From Candidatus Latescibacterota bacterium (GTDB lineage Bacteria; Latescibacterota; UBA2968; UBA8231): DNA of 64,000 nt. Within the stretch, counting starts at the first letter, position 1. Each line of letters opens with the position of its first letter. Under the pieces are notes generated by a model. It was given only the letters and a program-made list of their open reading frames with translations, ran no database searches and had not been told where the DNA came from. Positions 31,345-46,310 of the stretch are shown here, in pieces. The DNA is taken from assembly GCA_965248355.1 (NCBI GenBank), contig OZ252098.1, positions 864,001 through 928,000 of the forward strand. Reading direction: 5' to 3'. Made by a program: the position numbers and the translations under genes.

Positions 31345-31839
31345 ATGTCACGAGGGGGTGTCAACAAGGTCATCCTGATCGGCAATCTCGGAGGCGATCC
31401 CGAGGTCCGCTACACGCCGAGCGGGGCCGCTGTGGTCAACGTAAATCTGGCTACCAACGAGAGCTGGAATGATCGCAGCGGCGAGCGCCAGGAGCGCACC
31501 GAGTGGCACCGTCTCGTCCTCTGGAGCAAGCTGGCCGAGATCGCCGGGCAGTACCTCCGCAAGGGCAGCAAGGTCTTCGTGGAGGGGCGATTGCAGACCC
31601 GTTCCTGGGACGATCAGAGCGGCCAGAAGCGCTACACCACCGAGGTCGTGGTCAACGATCTGCAAATGCTCGACGGTCGCGGTGAGGGCGGTGGCCCGGC
31701 CCCCGGTGGACCTGCCCCCGGTGGCCCGGCCCCCGGAGGCCCGGCCGACGGTGGCGGGAGCGACGGCGGTGACCATCCGCCGCCCGGCGGCGCTGGTGGC
31801 CCGCAGGGCGGGTCCGAAGACGACGACCTGCCGTTCTGA
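31345..31839 (+). CDS. ssb: Single-stranded DNA-binding protein
   Basis: [36 protein letters not shown]-terminal DDDLPF. Confidence 0.97.
   Translation: MSRGGVNKVILIGNLGGDPEVRYTPSGAAVVNVNLATNESWNDRSGERQERTEWHRLVLWSKLAEIAGQYLRKGSKVFVEGRLQTRSWDDQSGQKRYTTEVVVNDLQMLDGRGEGGGPAPGGPAPGGPAPGGPADGGGSDGGDHPPPGGAGGPQGGSEDDDLPF
31690..31746 (+). repeat. In-frame 15-bp tandem repeat (GGPAP x3 plus partial) in the SSB linker
   Basis: ggtggcccggccccc / ggtggacctgccccc / ggtggcccggccccc / ggaggcccggcc. Confidence 0.85.
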
Positions 31840-31865
31840 GTTGCAGCCGGGCCCCTGGTCACGCT

Positions 31866-32734
31866 GTGGCCGGCAGCTATCTCCACCTGCATCTGGCGGC
31901 GGGAGCCTTCCCCTCCGCCTTCGACGCCTTTCCTCGACAACGTCCGCGCGAGCACGCCGCCTTCCTGGCCGGGTCCCTCGGGCCTGATCTGGGCTTTTTC
32001 CCGGGTGGACCGACCGCCTTCTCCCATCGCGTCCACCACGAGCACACCGCCGATCTGGTTCGCGCCCTGCTGGCCGCCGCCGGGAATGAGGCCGAGGCCG
32101 CCTTCGCCGCCGGCTGGGCCCTGCACGTGTGCACCGACGTGACCACCCATCCCCTGGTCAACCGCCGCGCCGACGACCTGCGGAGGGAGCGCAGTCGTCA
32201 CCCCCCGAATCGCCTTGACCTCTGGCACAAGCGAGTGGAATGGGGGGTCGACTGTCACGTCCTGAGCGCCCTGGACCCGCGTCCCCTGTGGCGTAGCGAG
32301 TTGCTCTTTCCGGGACCCGCCGCCGGGCCCTCCCTGTTGGCGCGCGCCGCCGGCGAGTCCTTCGGAGAAGAAGCCGACGACGGCGCTCTTCGCGCGGGGT
32401 GGTCCTCCACCGTCCGCTGGGTCCGACGGCTGGGTCCGATCTTCAGCTGGACGGGGTCGTGCCGGTCCCCGAGCCGGGGCCGGCTCGCGGCCGCCGCCGG
32501 GCCCGTCCTGGGCCCGCTGGCCAGGAGCGCGGCCCTCCTCTTTCAAGACCGCGAGAGTCGGGAGAACGCGGTGGCGGTCCTGTCGCCCGAGCCGCCGGCC
32601 CCAGGTTTCGCCGAGGACATGCTGACGGCCGGCGCCGAGGCGGTGTCGACCTTTCAGCGGCACTGGCTCCAGCGGTTCGAGGACCTGCCCAACCTCGATC
32701 TGGACACCGGCGAGCCGATTTCGGAGGAAGCGGG

Positions 32735-32738
<4 letters not shown>
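31866..32738 (+). CDS. Zinc-dependent phospholipase C-family protein
   Basis: HLHLA, GSLGPDLGFF, HHEH, GWALHVCTDVTTHP, HKRVEWGVD. Confidence 0.75.
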
Positions 32739-37161
<4,423 letters not shown>

Positions 37162-37167
37162 CCGGCG

Positions 37168-38325
37168 ATGACCACCGGGCTCCTGTCGCAGCTGACCTCC
37201 CTGGTCCTGCTCGCCGGCACCGGGCTCTACCTCGCCGTTCTGGTCTGGCTGCTCACGGGGATCGGCCGCAGCCGCCGGGCCCGGAGATCGGCCGGCCCCC
37301 GGCCGTCGGTCTCGGCCCTCGTCGCGGCTCGCGACGAGGGCGGAAGGATCGCGGCCTGTGTCCGGGCCCTGGCCCGCCAGGCCTACGGCGGAACCGTGGA
37401 GATCGTCGTCGTCGACGATCGTTCGCGGGACGATACCGCCCGGGTGCTGGCGGCGCTGCGCTCGGAGTGGGACGGCGAGGCCGACCTGGTCCTCGTCGAG
37501 GCCCCGGATCCGCCCCGCTTCCCCTGCCCGAAGAAGAGCGCCCTGGCCGCCGGCATCGCCAGGGCCGGGGGAGAGATCCTGCTGTTCATCGACGCCGACT
37601 GCCGGCCGCCGGCGGACTGGCTGGAGGGGATGGTCTCGCGCTTCACCGAGGAGGTGGGCCTCGTCGCCGGCTATGCCTATCCGCACCCGGCGGACGACAT
37701 CCGGCGGCGGGCGCTTGCCGTCGACAACCTCGGGGTGGCCGCCCTGGCCGAGGGCAGCATCGGCATGGGCGCCCCTCTGGCCTGCACCGGGCGAAGCCTG
37801 GCGTACCGCCGCGCCGTGTACGAAGAGGTGGGCGGGTTCGAGGCGATCGGTCACCTCGTCAGCGGGGATGACGTCTACTTCCTTCGCCAGGTGGCGGCGC
37901 GCACCGGCTGGGGCATCCGCTACTGTGCCGACGAGTCCGCGGCGGTGCCCTCCGCCCCGCCCCCGCTCGGCTGGCGCGCCCTGCTGGATCAGAAGGTGAG
38001 GCACGCCTCCAAGGCGGCCCGCTACGAGGGCGGGGCCCGATGGCTCGGGATCGCCGTGTACCTCTACCACGCGGCGCTGCTCGCGGGCGGCCTGCTGGCG
38101 GCGGGCGGGATTCAGGCCCCCTTCTTCCTCTGCTGCTGGCTGACGCGCTGGCTGGCCGACCTGATCCTGCTGGCCCGCTTCGCACCGAGATCCTCCGATC
38201 GAGCCTGCCTCCTCTTCCTTCCGATCGTCGAGATCGTCTATATTCCCTACGTCTTGCTGCTGGTGCCGCTAGGACGTGCCGGGTGGTTCCGCTGGAAGAA
38301 CGCCGCCGCCGCTCCCCTCTCCTGA
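37168..38325 (+). CDS. GT2 glycosyltransferase, membrane-anchored
   Basis: AARDE, VDDRSRD, KKSAL, DADC, SGDD, QKVRH. Confidence 0.88.
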   Translation: MTTGLLSQLTSLVLLAGTGLYLAVLVWLLTGIGRSRRARRSAGPRPSVSALVAARDEGGRIAACVRALARQAYGGTVEIVVVDDRSRDDTARVLAALRSEWDGEADLVLVEAPDPPRFPCPKKSALAAGIARAGGEILLFIDADCRPPADWLEGMVSRFTEEVGLVAGYAYPHPADDIRRRALAVDNLGVAALAEGSIGMGAPLACTGRSLAYRRAVYEEVGGFEAIGHLVSGDDVYFLRQVAARTGWGIRYCADESAAVPSAPPPLGWRALLDQKVRHASKAARYEGGARWLGIAVYLYHAALLAGGLLAAGGIQAPFFLCCWLTRWLADLILLARFAPRSSDRACLLFLPIVEIVYIPYVLLLVPLGRAGWFRWKNAAAAPLS

Positions 38326-38341
38326 AAGCAAAGCCGCGCCC

Positions 38342-39460
38342 ATGGCCTTCCTGGTCTCTCCGAGAGCGGTTCCCCGCTACATCGAGCGCTACGGCTACGC
38401 CTTCTCCTGGAGACGACTGTGGAACTTCGCCAAGGTCCTGGCCTCCATGGGGGTGTCGTGGAGCCTACGCCGTCCCATCGTCTGGGGGCGGCCCTTCATG
38501 CTGATGGTGGAGCCCACGAACCTGTGCAATCTCAAGTGCCCCCTGTGCCCCTCGGGCAACGGCGAGATGTCGCGCGAGCGGGGCAGCATGGATCTCGGTC
38601 CCTACAGGAGGCTGATCGACGAGACCGGCGACGACCTGGTCCTCCTGCTCCTGTGGAACCAGGGAGAGCCGTTCATCAACAAGGGGCTCGTCGAGATGAT
38701 CCGCTATGCCCACGAAAAGCGGATCCCCACGATGACGAGCACCAACGGTCACTTCGTGCGCACCCGCGAGCAGGCCCTCGAACTCGTGGACAGCGGCCTC
38801 GACGAGATCATCATCTCCCTCGACGGGGTCGACCAGGAGACCTATGAGCGCTACCGCGTGGGCGGCAAGCTGGAGCGTGTCCTGGAGGCGGCGAGACTGC
38901 TGGCCGCCGCCAAGCGCGAGCGGAGTTCGTCTACGCCCCTGGTCAATCTCCAGTTCATCGTCTTCCGCCACAACGAGGACGATCTGGCCGAGGCCGAGCG
39001 CCTGGCGGGCGAGCTCAAGGCGGACCAGTTCCTGGTCAAGACCGCCCAGATCTACTCCCAGGAGGATGCGGCCACCTTCCTTCCCGAGCAGGACCTGTAC
39101 CGGCGCTACGAGGGGCTGAAGGAGGACGACAGGCCGCCCGCCGCCCAAGGGAACGGGCTGCGCGTCAAGGGACAACCGGCGCGGGGGTGCAAGGTCCTGT
39201 GGTACAGCTCGATGGTCAACTGGAACGGAGACGTGGCCCCCTGTTGCTTCGACAAGGACGTGGACTACCCGCTGGGGAGGGCCTTTCCCGCCGACCCGGG
39301 AAACGGGGAAGGGAGCACCTTCGGGGAAGCCTGGCGGAGTCGAGCCTATGCGGACTTCCGCCGCACCGTGCTCGGGGACCGCAGCGCCGTCGACATGTGC
39401 CGCAACTGCTCCGAGGGATACCGCGGCATGTTCTCGCTGGTGAAGGAGTTGCGCGGCTGA
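38342..39460 (+). CDS. Radical SAM protein with SPASM/twitch domain
   Basis: CNLKCPLC, GEP, C...GDVAPCCFD...CRNC. Confidence 0.9.
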   Translation: MAFLVSPRAVPRYIERYGYAFSWRRLWNFAKVLASMGVSWSLRRPIVWGRPFMLMVEPTNLCNLKCPLCPSGNGEMSRERGSMDLGPYRRLIDETGDDLVLLLLWNQGEPFINKGLVEMIRYAHEKRIPTMTSTNGHFVRTREQALELVDSGLDEIIISLDGVDQETYERYRVGGKLERVLEAARLLAAAKRERSSSTPLVNLQFIVFRHNEDDLAEAERLAGELKADQFLVKTAQIYSQEDAATFLPEQDLYRRYEGLKEDDRPPAAQGNGLRVKGQPARGCKVLWYSSMVNWNGDVAPCCFDKDVDYPLGRAFPADPGNGEGSTFGEAWRSRAYADFRRTVLGDRSAVDMCRNCSEGYRGMFSLVKELRG

Positions 39461-39473
39461 CCCCGCGTCTTTC

Positions 39474-40682
39474 TTGACCATGGGCGTCGTCGCGGCGGCC
39501 CTGGCCATCTGCGCCGTCGTGTACGTGGCAGGTCTGCTGTGGTTCGCTCTCGGGGCGCTCAGGCCCCGGGTGCCCCCTCCGCCCACGGGGGGTGATCCAC
39601 CTTCCGTCGCCGTCGTCGTGGCCGCTCGCGACGAGGCCGGGGGGGTGGAGGCCTGCCTGGAGGCGCTGAGCGCGCAGACCCATCCCGCCGAGCGCTACGA
39701 GGTCGTCCTCGTCGATGACGGGTCCAGCGACGGCACGGGCGACCTGGCCCGTGCCGCGGCCCGGCGGCTGGAGGGGGAGGGCCCGCGGATCCGCGTGCTC
39801 GACGGCGGGGAAGGCTACGGCTCGGCCGGCTCCAAGAAGGCGGCCCTCGCCCTTGGCATCTCGGAGTCCGACGCCGACCTGATCCTCACCACCGATGCCG
39901 ACTGCAGGGTGCCCCGCACCTGGGTGGCCGCCATGTCCGGCGCCTTCTCCAGGGATGTGGGAGCCGTCGTCGGGTTCTCGCAGATCGGCCGCCGCGGCGC
40001 CGTGGACGGCGTTCTGGCGCGCTGGGAGGCCCTCGACTTCCTCCAGTTGATGACCGCCGCCGCCGGAAGCTGCGCCCTCGGCCACCCGATGGCCGCCACC
40101 GGCCAGAATCTGGCTTTCCGCCGCTCGGCCTACCATCAGGTCGGGGGCTACGGGTCCATTCTGCACCGGGTCTCCGGCGACGATGTGCTGCTCCTGCAGT
40201 TGATCCGCCGCGCCGGTCGCTGGCGCGTCGCCTTTTGTGACGACCCCGGCAGCCACGTCGACCACCCTCAGTCGGCGGGCCTCGGCGGATTCCTCAGCCA
40301 GCGCGCCCGGTGGGCCTCGAACGCCCCCTGCCAGAGCCGGCTGGATCCGGCCTTCTTCGTGTACATTCTTGGGACCTTCGGTCTCTCCCTCGGCTTGACC
40401 ATCAGCCCCCTCCTGTGGATCGCAGGTGTCCTGACCCCCGCGCAGACGGGAAGCCTGTGGCTGGCGAAGGCCGGCGCCGAGCTCGGCCTGGCTCTCATCG
40501 GGGCGGCCCGCTTCGGGCGCGGCGACCTGCTCGGGATCCTTCCCCTGTGGGTCCTGCTCCACCCGCTCTACACCACCGTCGTCGGGGGCCTCGGTTCCCT
40601 GGGCTTCTTCCGGTGGAAGGGGCGGTCCTTCGCTCTCGGACGCCAGCCCCGGATCGAGAATCCCGTCGGCACCGGCCGCTGA
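39474..40682 (+). CDS. GT2 glycosyltransferase, membrane-anchored
   Basis: AARDE, VDDGSSD, KKAAL, TDADC, SGDD, QRARW. Confidence 0.88.
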   Translation: MTMGVVAAALAICAVVYVAGLLWFALGALRPRVPPPPTGGDPPSVAVVVAARDEAGGVEACLEALSAQTHPAERYEVVLVDDGSSDGTGDLARAAARRLEGEGPRIRVLDGGEGYGSAGSKKAALALGISESDADLILTTDADCRVPRTWVAAMSGAFSRDVGAVVGFSQIGRRGAVDGVLARWEALDFLQLMTAAAGSCALGHPMAATGQNLAFRRSAYHQVGGYGSILHRVSGDDVLLLQLIRRAGRWRVAFCDDPGSHVDHPQSAGLGGFLSQRARWASNAPCQSRLDPAFFVYILGTFGLSLGLTISPLLWIAGVLTPAQTGSLWLAKAGAELGLALIGAARFGRGDLLGILPLWVLLHPLYTTVVGGLGSLGFFRWKGRSFALGRQPRIENPVGTGR

Positions 40683-40707
40683 GGGCAGGGAGGCCGCCGG
40701 GCCGCCG

Positions 40708-41640
40708 TCAGAGCCGCCCGGCAAGCATCTCCAGCAGCAGTCCGTAGCGGATGCCACGGGTCGAAACGATGACCCCGGGGCATCGCAACCGCTCGAGGCA
40801 ACGCCGCAACACGAGGGAACCGGCACCGATGATGTCGGCCCGCGCTTCGCTCACCTGGGGCAGGGCCTTGACCTCTTCGTAGGTCATCTCCAGCAACCAG
40901 TCGCTGAGGCGCCGAACGGCTTCGGCGGAGAGGAAGTGACCGTCGAGACCGGCGGCGTCGAACCGCGGAGCTCCGAGGTCGAGGGCCCCCAGGGTGGTGG
41001 TCGTGCCGGCGACGCCGACCACGGCCAGATCTTCGGGCAGTTCGAGGAGCTCCTCGAGGGCAGCGTCGATGACGGCGTCGGCGTCGGTCCGGTGGACGGG
41101 AAGGGGAGGCAGCGAGCCGAAGCAGCGCTCGGTGATCCGCACCGCACCCACGTCGATGGACTGCGAGCGCTCCACTCCGGCGGCGGAGCCGACCGCCAGT
41201 TCGGTCGAGCCGCCGCCGATGTCCAGGACCGCGTACCTCGCCGGGAGGTCGAGCCCGAAACCGGCGCCGGTGAAGGTGTAGCGGGCCTCGATCTCGCCGC
41301 TCAGCTCGGTGAGCTCGATACCCGTCCTCCGCGCCACGGCGTCGATGAACTCGGCCCGGTTGACCGAGTCCCGCAGCGCCGAGGTGCCGAAGGCGCGGAT
41401 CCGTCGGGCCCCGTGCGATTCGGCCCGCCGCCGATACTCGGCGAGGTATCCGCAGACGCGGTCGACGGTGTCCCCGGCGATTTTACGCTCGGCGTCGACG
41501 CCCCGGCCCAGGCGGGCGATGGCGTGGGCGTCGTCGAGGATGCGGACCGAGTTCCGGGGGCCGAGTCGCCCGGTGACCATCAGGATCGTGTTGGTGCCGA
41601 GGTCGATGGCGGACTGCACCCCGGTGGAGGGCCGGTTCAT
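40708..41640 (-). CDS. ppx: Ppx/GppA-family phosphatase (short form)
   Basis: AIDLGTNT, GTSALRD, LSGEIEA, DIGGGSTE, RADII, GIRYG. Confidence 0.9.
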   Translation of the reverse strand: MNRPSTGVQSAIDLGTNTILMVTGRLGPRNSVRILDDAHAIARLGRGVDAERKIAGDTVDRVCGYLAEYRRRAESHGARRIRAFGTSALRDSVNRAEFIDAVARRTGIELTELSGEIEARYTFTGAGFGLDLPARYAVLDIGGGSTELAVGSAAGVERSQSIDVGAVRITERCFGSLPPLPVHRTDADAVIDAALEELLELPEDLAVVGVAGTTTTLGALDLGAPRFDAAGLDGHFLSAEAVRRLSDWLLEMTYEEVKALPQVSEARADIIGAGSLVLRRCLERLRCPGVIVSTRGIRYGLLLEMLAGRL

Positions 41641-42920
41641 GCTCTGGCCCAGCCCTCCTGGCCCTTGATCAGGGCGGTCAGCTCGGAGGGCGTCTGGCAG
41701 TGGAGAATGGCGTTCCGCGTCTCGTCGGTGTGCATCAGCGACGCGATCTGGCCGAGGACGGGGATGTAGGTGCGGTAGTTCTGCTGCGGGGTCAGCAGCA
41801 GGAAGATGTAGCGCACGGGGCCGCCGGGGCCGCTGAAGTCGACGCCGGCGGGACAGATCCCGAGGGACCCGATGATGCTCGGCAGGCCCGGCAAGGGGGC
41901 GTGGGGGATTGCTGTTTCCCTGCCGATGGAGGTGGAGGACTTCCGCTCCCTGGCGCGGGCGGCCTGGAGGACGGTGCCGCGCTGGGACTGGGGCACTTGC
42001 TTCTCCTCGATCAGGATGTCGACCATCTGGTCGATCGCTTCCCACTTGTCCCGCGGATGCAGGTCCAGCCGGATCGTGTGTTCCCAGAAGATACTGCTCA
42101 GACGGTTGCCGCCCGGTGACCGGGAGCGCACCATCAGCACCGAGCAGGGCGCCTTGTAGGCGATTTCGTCGGGAATGGAACCGGCCAGGAACTCTTCCTG
42201 CCGCCAGTCGTTGGAGCCTCCAAGCACGAGCAGGTCGTCCTCCCGGGAGATGTCGATCAGGGGCGCCACGACCTCGGTGGCCGGTACCACCTGGTGGGGC
42301 GCATCGATGTCCAACAGCCGCAGTTGCATCTGCAGGTCGTCCCGCAACTGGCGGCAGTACCGTTCGAGGAGGGGATCTCCTGGTTGGGGCCTGGCATGCC
42401 GCGCCACGCGCACGGCGAGCATGGCCGATGACCAGGTCCTGGCAAGGTGGTGGGCGACTTCCAGGCCCAGGAGCGAGTGGGTGCCTCCTCCGGTGGGGAC
42501 CAGCACGCGGCGCGCGGCCACGAAGCCCTTGTCCTTGAAGATCAGGGTGTCCACGTCCATGGACTTGGTCAGGTCCCGGTTGCGGGAGGAGAGGATGGTG
42601 GTCCGGTCCACGTCCCCCCGCCAGCCGATGAGCAGGAGGTCGCAGTTCCAGCGCTCGAGACCGTCCTGCACAGCCGAGGTCACCGTGTCGCCATGCACGA
42701 GGTGGGGGATGGCGTCCACGCCCATGGTGGTGGCGAGGTCGGCGGCCCCCTGCAGTTGTTCCTCCACCCCGGGATGCGGAGGTTGATCGGGGGTCACGAC
42801 ATGGGTGAGGTGGAGCTCTCCCCGGGGTTCCGTGGCCAGGGTGGCGGCCAGCCGGACGAGGGCGTGCTCCGTCGCCGGGTTCTCGAGGGCGACGAGGATC
42901 CGGACCGCGGATCTTGGCAT
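41637..42920 (-). CDS. Tandem universal-stress-protein domains fused to a PTS EIIA (Ntr/Fru-type) domain
   Basis: RILVALENP, RVLVPTGGG, GSIPDEIA..APCSVLMV; C-terminal RERKSSTSIG..TAIPHA (phospho-His), GVDF. Confidence 0.8.
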   Translation of the reverse strand: MPRSAVRILVALENPATEHALVRLAATLATEPRGELHLTHVVTPDQPPHPGVEEQLQGAADLATTMGVDAIPHLVHGDTVTSAVQDGLERWNCDLLLIGWRGDVDRTTILSSRNRDLTKSMDVDTLIFKDKGFVAARRVLVPTGGGTHSLLGLEVAHHLARTWSSAMLAVRVARHARPQPGDPLLERYCRQLRDDLQMQLRLLDIDAPHQVVPATEVVAPLIDISREDDLLVLGGSNDWRQEEFLAGSIPDEIAYKAPCSVLMVRSRSPGGNRLSSIFWEHTIRLDLHPRDKWEAIDQMVDILIEEKQVPQSQRGTVLQAARARERKSSTSIGRETAIPHAPLPGLPSIIGSLGICPAGVDFSGPGGPVRYIFLLLTPQQNYRTYIPVLGQIASLMHTDETRNAILHCQTPSELTALIKGQEGWARA

Positions 42921-43184
42921 GCCAGTCAATCGGGCGAGCACGCGCCGAAGGGTGCCGTGATCGCCGACATCGGGGGTTCGGGAAGGCATGGCGGAGGCGG
43001 GAGGCGCTTCATCCACCAAGGTTAGGAAAGATACGCAGAGGCCTGTGGGGTCGCCACCGGAATCCATCCTCGAAAAAGACCATAACTCAAGTGTTTCTTG
43101 GGGCTTGCGCCTGACCGGCCGGGGTTGCGGTGGGGCATGGCTCTGCATATTTTCCCGACGGACCAGAGCAAGCGAGCTGCATCG

Positions 43185-43871
43185 ATGGCCGTCGTGACCG
43201 TTGCTCGTCAGTTGGGAAGCGGTGGAGACCGCATCGCCGAGAGAGTTGCCGGCGTCCTCGCCTACGAGCACGTCGACCGGCGGCTCGTCGAGGAGATCGC
43301 GAACATCACCGACACCTCTCCCGAGGAAGTGGAGAAGTACGACGAAAAGGGGGAAGGGAGGGTTCGCTATTTCCTGAAGCGTCTCCTCGTTCCGGAGATG
43401 CCCCCCGGAGGATTCCCCCTCTCTTCGGCAGCTTACTTCCCCGAGTTCGGCCTCGAGTTCCCCTATGTCATGGAACGGGCCGGCGCCGAGCGGCCCACCT
43501 ACCTCGATCGGGGCACCTATCAGCTGCTGATCACCACCCTGGTCCAGGACTTCGGGGAGACGGGCAAGGCGGTCGTCGTCGGCCGCGCGAGCCAGGTGAT
43601 CCTGGCCCAGAATCCCCAGGCCCTGCACGTGAAGATCATCGCCCCCTTCGACCTGCGCTGCGAGCGGGTTCGGGAGACTCAGGAAGTAACCTCCGAGCAG
43701 GCGCAGGAGCTGGTGCAGCAGCACGACCGCTGGCGCAAGCTGTATCTGCGCAACCATCACGACGCCGACTGGGACGATCTGCTCCTCTATCACCTCACCA
43801 TAAACACCGGCAAGGTCGATCCGGAGGACGCCGTCGACCTCATCGTCAGGTACGCGACCCGCCAGGGCTGA
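43185..43871 (+). CDS. Cytidylate kinase-like family protein
   Basis: VTVARQLGSGG, VVVGRAS, YHLTINT. Confidence 0.8.
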   Translation: MAVVTVARQLGSGGDRIAERVAGVLAYEHVDRRLVEEIANITDTSPEEVEKYDEKGEGRVRYFLKRLLVPEMPPGGFPLSSAAYFPEFGLEFPYVMERAGAERPTYLDRGTYQLLITTLVQDFGETGKAVVVGRASQVILAQNPQALHVKIIAPFDLRCERVRETQEVTSEQAQELVQQHDRWRKLYLRNHHDADWDDLLLYHLTINTGKVDPEDAVDLIVRYATRQG

Positions 43872-43966
43872 AGCGCCTTTCATGGGGAGTCGCTCCTCCG
43901 AGGTCCGGCTCCCTTGAGGGTGGAGGGCCGGATGGACCCTTGTCGACGGACATCCGGGAGACGGAA

Positions 43967-45100
43967 ATGGGAAAGCTCAAGGTGGGACTGATCGGGGGCG
44001 GCGGCCCCGGCAACTTCTTCGGACACGTGCACAAGCGCGCCATCGCCTTGGACAACAGCCGGGAGCTGGTCGCCGGGGCCCTGCGCAGCGATCCCGAGGC
44101 GGCCATGGCGGCGGCCGCGGAGTATGACGTGACGGGCTACCCAAGTCATGAAGCCCTGCTCGAGGCCGTCCAGAAAGGCGACCAGGCCCTCGACTACGTG
44201 ACCATCGTAACCCCGAATTTTGCGCACTACGAGCCGGCCAGGGCTTTTGTCGACGCGGGCATTCCCGTGCTCTGTGAAAAGCCGATCACCATGACCGTCG
44301 AGGAGGCCGAGGACCTGCAGCGCCGAGTCGAGGCGCGGGGAGTTCCCTTCATCCTGGCGCACACCTACACCGGCCACCCGATGATGATGCTGGCCAAGGA
44401 ACTGGTGCGGCGGGGCCGGATCGGCCAGGTGCGCAAGATCGAGGCGTTCTACAACCAGGGTTGGCTGGCCACCTCGCTGGAGAAGGAGGGACTGCAACAA
44501 GCCGAGTGGCGCACCGACCCGGGGCGAACCGGTATCTCCAACTGCGGTGGCGATATCGGCACCCACGCCTTCATCGCCGCCACATGGGTCAGCGGCCACT
44601 CTGCAAAACGGGTATCGGCGCGCCTCAACAGGTTCGTCGAAGGCCGCGTCCTCGACGACGACTTCAACGTCATCGCCGAGCTCGACAACGGCGGCACGGC
44701 ATTGATCACGGCCACGCAGATCGCCGTCGGTTACAAGAACGACCACGGCCTGCGCATCTACGGCAGCGAGGGCTCGATCGAATGGCACCAGGAACGCGCC
44801 GAGTCCCTGCTCCTGCGTACCGGGGAGGTGGACGAGACCTTCTGGATCGGGGGGGGCTTCTCCTTCTTCCCCGATTCGGTGGCCTCCTATCTGCGCCTTC
44901 CCTCCGGTCACCACGAGGACTTCTTCGGGGCTCTGGCCAATCTGCACACCTCTCTGGAACGCGTCATCCGCAGGCGCCGCGGCGACGAGGCGCCGGAAGC
45001 CTTTGACCATCCGGGCGTAGCCGAGGGCGTGTCCGGGATGCGTTTCGTGAAGGCCGCCGTGGACAGCTCCGCCAACGGGGGAGCCTGGACGGATGTGTGA
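43967..45100 (+). CDS. Gfo/Idh/MocA-family oxidoreductase
   Basis: IGGG, VTPNFAH, CEKP, YNQGWL, WRTDP, GDIGTHA. Confidence 0.9.
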   Translation: MGKLKVGLIGGGGPGNFFGHVHKRAIALDNSRELVAGALRSDPEAAMAAAAEYDVTGYPSHEALLEAVQKGDQALDYVTIVTPNFAHYEPARAFVDAGIPVLCEKPITMTVEEAEDLQRRVEARGVPFILAHTYTGHPMMMLAKELVRRGRIGQVRKIEAFYNQGWLATSLEKEGLQQAEWRTDPGRTGISNCGGDIGTHAFIAATWVSGHSAKRVSARLNRFVEGRVLDDDFNVIAELDNGGTALITATQIAVGYKNDHGLRIYGSEGSIEWHQERAESLLLRTGEVDETFWIGGGFSFFPDSVASYLRLPSGHHEDFFGALANLHTSLERVIRRRRGDEAPEAFDHPGVAEGVSGMRFVKAAVDSSANGGAWTDV

Positions 45101-45306
45101 GTCGCCGGCGGAGGGGGTGTTTCCGGGGTGGGGCTTTGGGGCCGCGGGCCGTTTCGGCCGTGGTTGTGCCTCGGACCCGTCCAGGGCCGCCCCGGTGCTT
45201 GCTCCACGCGCCTGAGTATCCTATCTTGACCCGAAGTTTCAGCCGGTCCGAGTCGCCCGGATCGGTCACGGACGTTGCGAACCACGAGGCTTGAGGAGGC
45301 TTTCCC

Positions 45307-46242
45307 ATGCGCTGGCATCTTTGTTCTCTGATGGGCGCGGTCATCGGTCTGGCCCTCGCGTCAGGAGCCGATGCGGTGGTGAACATCCAGAATCTGGGGG
45401 CCGGCGCCCGGTCGGCCTCCCTCGGCAACGCCTTCGTGGCGGTGGCCGACAACGGCGATGCGATGTTCGCCAACCCGGCCGGTCTGGCGACCTTGTCGGG
45501 ACGTCAGCTGGCCTACACGAACGTGTCGCTGTTGCACTCGGGTCTCGACGACGACGACCTGGGTCAGCACGTGGTGTCGCTGACGCAGCCGTTGGGCGGG
45601 CGCCTGGCGCTGGGCGTGGGCTACGAGCGCATCGGCTCGGACCAGATGTCGGAGAACGGCGCGTTTCTGGGGCTGGGCTATCGCCTGAGCCGCGACCTGC
45701 ATCTGGGTCTGACGGGCAAGTACGTGTTCTGGCAGGTGGCCGCCTTCGACAGCAACGACCCGGTGTCGGGGCAGAGCGCGGGCTCTGTGGGCGCCGACGT
45801 GGGGCTGCTCTGGCGGACGCCTTTCCGGGGGGCGCGGCTGGGGGTGCAGCTGAAGAACGCGCTGCAGCCGAACGCCACCTGTGACTGTGCGGCCAACGGC
45901 GCGTCTCTGGCGTCGGGGGCCGGGGACCTTCCGATGGATCTGTCGGTGGGTCTGAGCCACCGCCGGGACCAGATGCTGTTGTCGGTTCAGTGGACGGTGC
46001 GGGACGTGGGCGGCGACGGTTCGGAGAGCCGTCTGGTGGTGGGCGGGGAGACGAGCCTGGTGGAGGGCTTGATGCTTCGCGCCGGTGGCAGCCGCATCTT
46101 CGAGGAGGACGCCCAGGGCGATCTGAACGCGGGATTGGGCTATCGCTGGAAGAAGATGCTGTTCGACTACGGCTACCACATCCCCCTCGACCTGGCCGAG
46201 GCCAACGGTTCCCACCGCTTCTCCCTGGCCTGGCAACTCTAA
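45307..46242 (+). CDS. PorV/PorQ-like (FadL-type) outer membrane beta-barrel
   Basis: Signal peptide; GARSASLGNAFVAVADNGDAMFANPAGL; amphipathic strands; terminal HRFSLAWQL. Confidence 0.7.
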   Translation: MRWHLCSLMGAVIGLALASGADAVVNIQNLGAGARSASLGNAFVAVADNGDAMFANPAGLATLSGRQLAYTNVSLLHSGLDDDDLGQHVVSLTQPLGGRLALGVGYERIGSDQMSENGAFLGLGYRLSRDLHLGLTGKYVFWQVAAFDSNDPVSGQSAGSVGADVGLLWRTPFRGARLGVQLKNALQPNATCDCAANGASLASGAGDLPMDLSVGLSHRRDQMLLSVQWTVRDVGGDGSESRLVVGGETSLVEGLMLRAGGSRIFEEDAQGDLNAGLGYRWKKMLFDYGYHIPLDLAEANGSHRFSLAWQL

Positions 46243-46274
46243 CCGGGCGGGAATCAGGAATCAGGGGTTCCACA

Positions 46275-46308
46275 GCGGGCCGTCCCTTCCGGGGCGGCCC
46301 GTTTTTTT
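46275..46308 (+). terminator. Intrinsic terminator
   Basis: Stem gcgggccgtccc-ttcc-ggggcggcccgt running into a 7-T tract, between convergent genes. Confidence 0.85.
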
Positions 46309-46310
46309 GC

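Noticed and set aside
31690..31746. Tandem repeat as a CRISPR array or contingency locus
   Set aside because: No spacers; in-frame Gly/Pro linker variation is normal in SSB.
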